From Bacteriovoracaceae bacterium (lineage in GTDB: Bacteria > Bdellovibrionota > Bacteriovoracia > Bacteriovoracales > Bacteriovoracaceae), in contig JBFGZE010000039.1 in NCBI GenBank assembly GCA_041586955.1, positions 1 to 28,116 on the forward strand: a stretch of DNA of 28,116 nucleotides. The letters are read 5' to 3'. Position 1 is the stretch's first letter. Every line of letters starts with the position of its first letter. The translations under genes and the position numbers were made by a program. The notes under the pieces were generated by a model. It worked only from the letters and a program-made list of their open reading frames with translations. It ran no database searches and was not told where the DNA came from. Below, piece by piece: positions 25,102 to 28,116 of this stretch.

Positions 25102-26439
25102 TTAAAATGAGTAATTAAGCTTGGCCTTGAGATAATCTTGAGTGCGGTAATTACTCCAATATGAGCTGCTTCGAGGCGCCTTTATCATGCCCAATTCGAC
25201 GCCTGTATGCCAACCTTGTGCCAATCTTATCCGCATGGATGCGTTTAATAATTGATCATTCTTAACGAGGTCAAAACGATAGGACCCAGACATCGAAAAT
25301 TGACGCCCCGGTTTCCAACTCAACTTGCCACCCACAGCAGTATCCCATTTGATTAAATTAGAGTAAAAATCATCAGTGCCCAATTCATGGTCCGTAAAGT
25401 ATTTAATAAGACCAAACTCATAAGAAAAATCTTTGCGATGCCCTTGAAAGTTCAGAGAGCCAATGACCTCTTTTTCATAGCGCGGCTCAATCTTGAAATA
25501 GTCAGAAAGAAAAGTGCGATTACTTTCCTTTAATTGGAGTGGATCAAGAATAGAAAAATCTTGACCATAAGATGCCTGCGGGTCCACCAACAAAAAACCT
25601 AAACTGAGACGGCCATTTTTCTTCCCCAGATAGGAGTTGAGCCCATAAACCATATGATGATTCACAATTGGTGAGGCGTTAACAACAACCCGATCAATGG
25701 CCCCATCATAATAGGCTTCAGCATTAATACGGATCCGCGGCTCAGGCTTATAGATCACAAAAGCATCAACACCATAGTCTTTCCCTTTATGCCCCAGACT
25801 TAGGCCCAAGCTTTTTTTAAGGGCATATTTATACCACTTATCCATTTCAAGGGTATAATGAATGGGAATCACCCGTCCTAAAATAGTTGTCCTCGTTGGC
25901 GGCAAACTTTCCCAATAAGAGTTAGTGACCACCTTGCCATCCTCAATATCCAGCCCAGGGTTACGCTCTGGTTGATAAAGATAAGAGACGAAAAATTTGA
26001 AATGAAGTGCACCCTGTCGTCCTTTAAAATGAAGACCCCAATGACCGTTAGACTTTTCATCAAGCAGATCAAAATTACGACGCCCGCTTAATTGACCTAA
26101 GAGCCAAAAATCTTCTTGAGAAAACCAACTAAGTCTTTTCCGGCCAATGGCCACAGAGGCCTTTTTGCTCTTAACCGATGTATAGAGTTCACTTATTTCC
26201 CACTCGATGTTTTTTTTATGATTTAAATAGCGAAGATCAATATCTGTGGAAGATCTAAATTCACGAAAGCGGTATTTGCCATAATGGCCTAGACTAACCC
26301 CTCCACCATTGAGTGATTTATTATCTTGATTGAGCTCATTAATATTAATTAAGGAGAGATCAGCAGCTGCAAACGCCTGAAAAGACATCAATAAATTTAT
26401 TAAAGTTAGCACTCTCGCTATTAGTTGATAATGACTCAT
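25102..26439 (-). CDS. Putative outer-membrane beta-barrel protein, unknown function
   Basis: Signal peptide ending AFA, EISELY..., AIGRKRLSW porin-like segment, alternating aromatic strands, C-terminal beta-signal LKAKLNYSF; start uncertain (ATG 26439 or GTG 26508). Confidence 0.72.
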   Translation of the reverse strand: MSHYQLIARVLTLINLLMSFQAFAAADLSLININELNQDNKSLNGGGVSLGHYGKYRFREFRSSTDIDLRYLNHKKNIEWEISELYTSVKSKKASVAIGRKRLSWFSQEDFWLLGQLSGRRNFDLLDEKSNGHWGLHFKGRQGALHFKFFVSYLYQPERNPGLDIEDGKVVTNSYWESLPPTRTTILGRVIPIHYTLEMDKWYKYALKKSLGLSLGHKGKDYGVDAFVIYKPEPRIRINAEAYYDGAIDRVVVNASPIVNHHMVYGLNSYLGKKNGRLSLGFLLVDPQASYGQDFSILDPLQLKESNRTFLSDYFKIEPRYEKEVIGSLNFQGHRKDFSYEFGLIKYFTDHELGTDDFYSNLIKWDTAVGGKLSWKPGRQFSMSGSYRFDLVKNDQLLNASMRIRLAQGWHTGVELGMIKAPRSSSYWSNYRTQDYLKAKLNYSF

Positions 26440-26538
26440 GGCCCCTAGTATTCCAAAACTGAAGCATTTAGGCCATGAGAAAGGATTAATCGGGAAAACT
26501 TTAGTCACTCCGCGTCAAAACCTCCCATATTCGAAACT

Positions 26539-26566
26539 TTGTGATATAGTTCTCGAATCTTATAAT
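26539..26566 (+). promoter_or_regulatory. Candidate sigma70 promoter for the large lipoprotein
   Basis: TTGTGA - 16 bp - TATAAT (26561-26566); an extended -10 TGnTATAGT at 26542-26550 is an alternative. Confidence 0.35.
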
Positions 26567-26586
26567 CAAGTACTTAGGCAGGTTGA

Positions 26587-28116
26587 ATGAGATTTAAAAA
26601 TATTTTAGCGATCCTTGTGATCTCTACTCTATTTTTCAGTTGCGGCTTTACTAAAGACAAGGCCAAGAAAAACGACGATATTTTTCGGACAAAAAACCTT
26701 TTAGGGAGTTGCTCGTTAGATGTTGACCAACTTAAGAACATTCTTAGTAAGGACGTGCGCCAGCAAATTAATTGTCTGGAGCAAAATATCTTTGCCTTTA
26801 CTAAATATGTCAGACGTTCCGATCGTGGCGGTATCTCTAATAGAGAATTAGGTGGGTTTGTTCGACGCTTTTTTCAAGAAAATGGCGACTTCGTCATCAA
26901 AAACCTCAATCTTATCTTTGAACTTAATATGATCTTCCTCAATGACCAGGCCGATCAAATATCTCAGGCCAATATCCGGCCCTTTTTTGAATTATTAATT
27001 ACAGCGAATCAAGAGTCCGTCAATTTAACAAATGCTTTTCAAGACTTTGATCAAAAACAGGCCTCCTTTTGGGATACCCGTATCAAGCTTGAATCAAGTC
27101 TTAAGAATTTATCAAGAGTCTTTATTTCTGTAATTAATAGTCGTACTAATAATGGTAGACGTAACTCTCATATTAATTTGCGCAATTTTTTAAGTAATCT
27201 CTATAAACCGCTCGGTACGAAGCCTCTAACTGAAGAGCAAATTCGCCTGGTCCTTAATACTAAAAAGATATTTTTAGGAGGGAACCGTGAAACGCTTAGT
27301 ACTTTGGAATTAAAGAAATTATTAAAAATAACACCCGAGCTCTTGCTTTTAGGTTTTGATGTTGCGAATGCCAATAGTGATTATTTTAAAACGGATAGTG
27401 ATCTTCACTCCTTTTATTTACAAAAAATTGGTCAGTTTAAAAATCTTATAACCCCCTCAGCATTTGATGAGATCCTTTTCACCAATAAAGATTTGTTTTA
27501 TATCGCTCGCTCACTTTTCAAAAAAGATGCTGATTTTAAATTGGCAAAAGACCTCATTTTGGCGGCGAAAAAGCACCTGATTTATACGGAAGGGCTCTCA
27601 GTAGATGAATATAATTACCGCAGTCTCCATATGGTTTTTACCTATGTCTCTCTCTTTTTAGAGGGCAGGATTCTTTTAGATCGAGAGATTCTCACTCCTA
27701 AGTTTCCCGCAAACTGGAGCTATGAAAGACTTATGGCGCAAAAGGAGTTTCTTCTTGATGAAATTTCAAATGCTTCTCACAACTTAAATATCTTGTTGAG
27801 TTCACCTTATTCTTTCCCACGCCAAGCAGACCTTCAAGGCTTTGCTCTTTTTATTAACGCTAATTTTAAAGGGCTTAATTATCCAGAAAAGTTTATTCGC
27901 TCCATTTTCAAAATCAAATCGATTTTTGCTGGTGGACACGCCGATAAAATCAATAAAAAAGAGCTCGTCACTCTCCTAGATAAACTGAGGCCTTTATTTG
28001 AAGTTTATTTTCATTCAACTCTTATTCCCGCGGAAAAGATAACAAAAGTACAGCGGGCCGAATTAATGGTCAAAAATGCTCACGCCATTAAGAAACTCAT
28101 TATTCAAGATAACCTC
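26587..28116 (+). CDS. Large helical lipoprotein of unknown function, 3' end beyond the window (missing from the ORF track)
   Basis: Hand translation gives 510 stop-free codons from ATG 26587 to the window end: MRFKNILAILVISTLFFS-CGFTK lipobox-type signal; internal K-x-I-F-x-G-G repeats. Confidence 0.88.
   Translation, partial: MRFKNILAILVISTLFFSCGFTKDKAKKNDDIFRTKNLLGSCSLDVDQLKNILSKDVRQQINCLEQNIFAFTKYVRRSDRGGISNRELGGFVRRFFQENGDFVIKNLNLIFELNMIFLNDQADQISQANIRPFFELLITANQESVNLTNAFQDFDQKQASFWDTRIKLESSLKNLSRVFISVINSRTNNGRRNSHINLRNFLSNLYKPLGTKPLTEEQIRLVLNTKKIFLGGNRETLSTLELKKLLKITPELLLLGFDVANANSDYFKTDSDLHSFYLQKIGQFKNLITPSAFDEILFTNKDLFYIARSLFKKDADFKLAKDLILAAKKHLIYTEGLSVDEYNYRSLHMVFTYVSLFLEGRILLDREILTPKFPANWSYERLMAQKEFLLDEISNASHNLNILLSSPYSFPRQADLQGFALFINANFKGLNYPEKFIRSIFKIKSIFAGGHADKINKKELVTLLDKLRPLFEVYFHSTLIPAEKITKVQRAELMVKNAHAIKKLIIQDNL

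Noticed and set aside
1382..26072. Numerous 60-130 aa ORFs nested in or antisense to the called genes (for example 1928..2215, 2187..2570, 12812..13117, 21973..22332, 23960..24145)
   Set aside because: Shadow frames of well-supported genes or unsupported short frames, with no motifs or SD.

Overview
AT-rich bacterial chromosomal window. The gene content (Cys-rich prepilin-like paralogs, a large helical lipoprotein, CxxCH-barrel fusion, tandem Ddl-like ATP-grasp) suggests a Bdellovibrionota (Bacteriovorax/Halobacteriovorax-like) organism; this is inference, not a search result. Housekeeping genes: beta-carbonic anhydrase, RhlE-type DEAD-box helicase, YaiI, two convergent RRM proteins, a JmjC oxygenase, YaeQ, a DEDDh exonuclease, a hybrid histidine kinase, a DOPA-dioxygenase-family protein and MutM. 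The most interesting modules are: (1) a His/CxxC-rich leader ORF ending in the RAPP ribosome-arrest motif ahead of a porin + SBP + permease metal-uptake operon with no ATPase; (2) a monoheme lipoprotein paired with a Cyc2-like cytochrome-porin fusion; (3) a double-domain non-canonical Ddl-like ligase coupled to a DmpA/BapA-type aminopeptidase; (4) three tandem large Cys-rich pilin-like paralogs, one lacking Glu5; (5) a five-copy 16-17 bp direct-repeat array upstream of an orphan gene. No rRNA, tRNA, CRISPR array or intact mobile element was seen.
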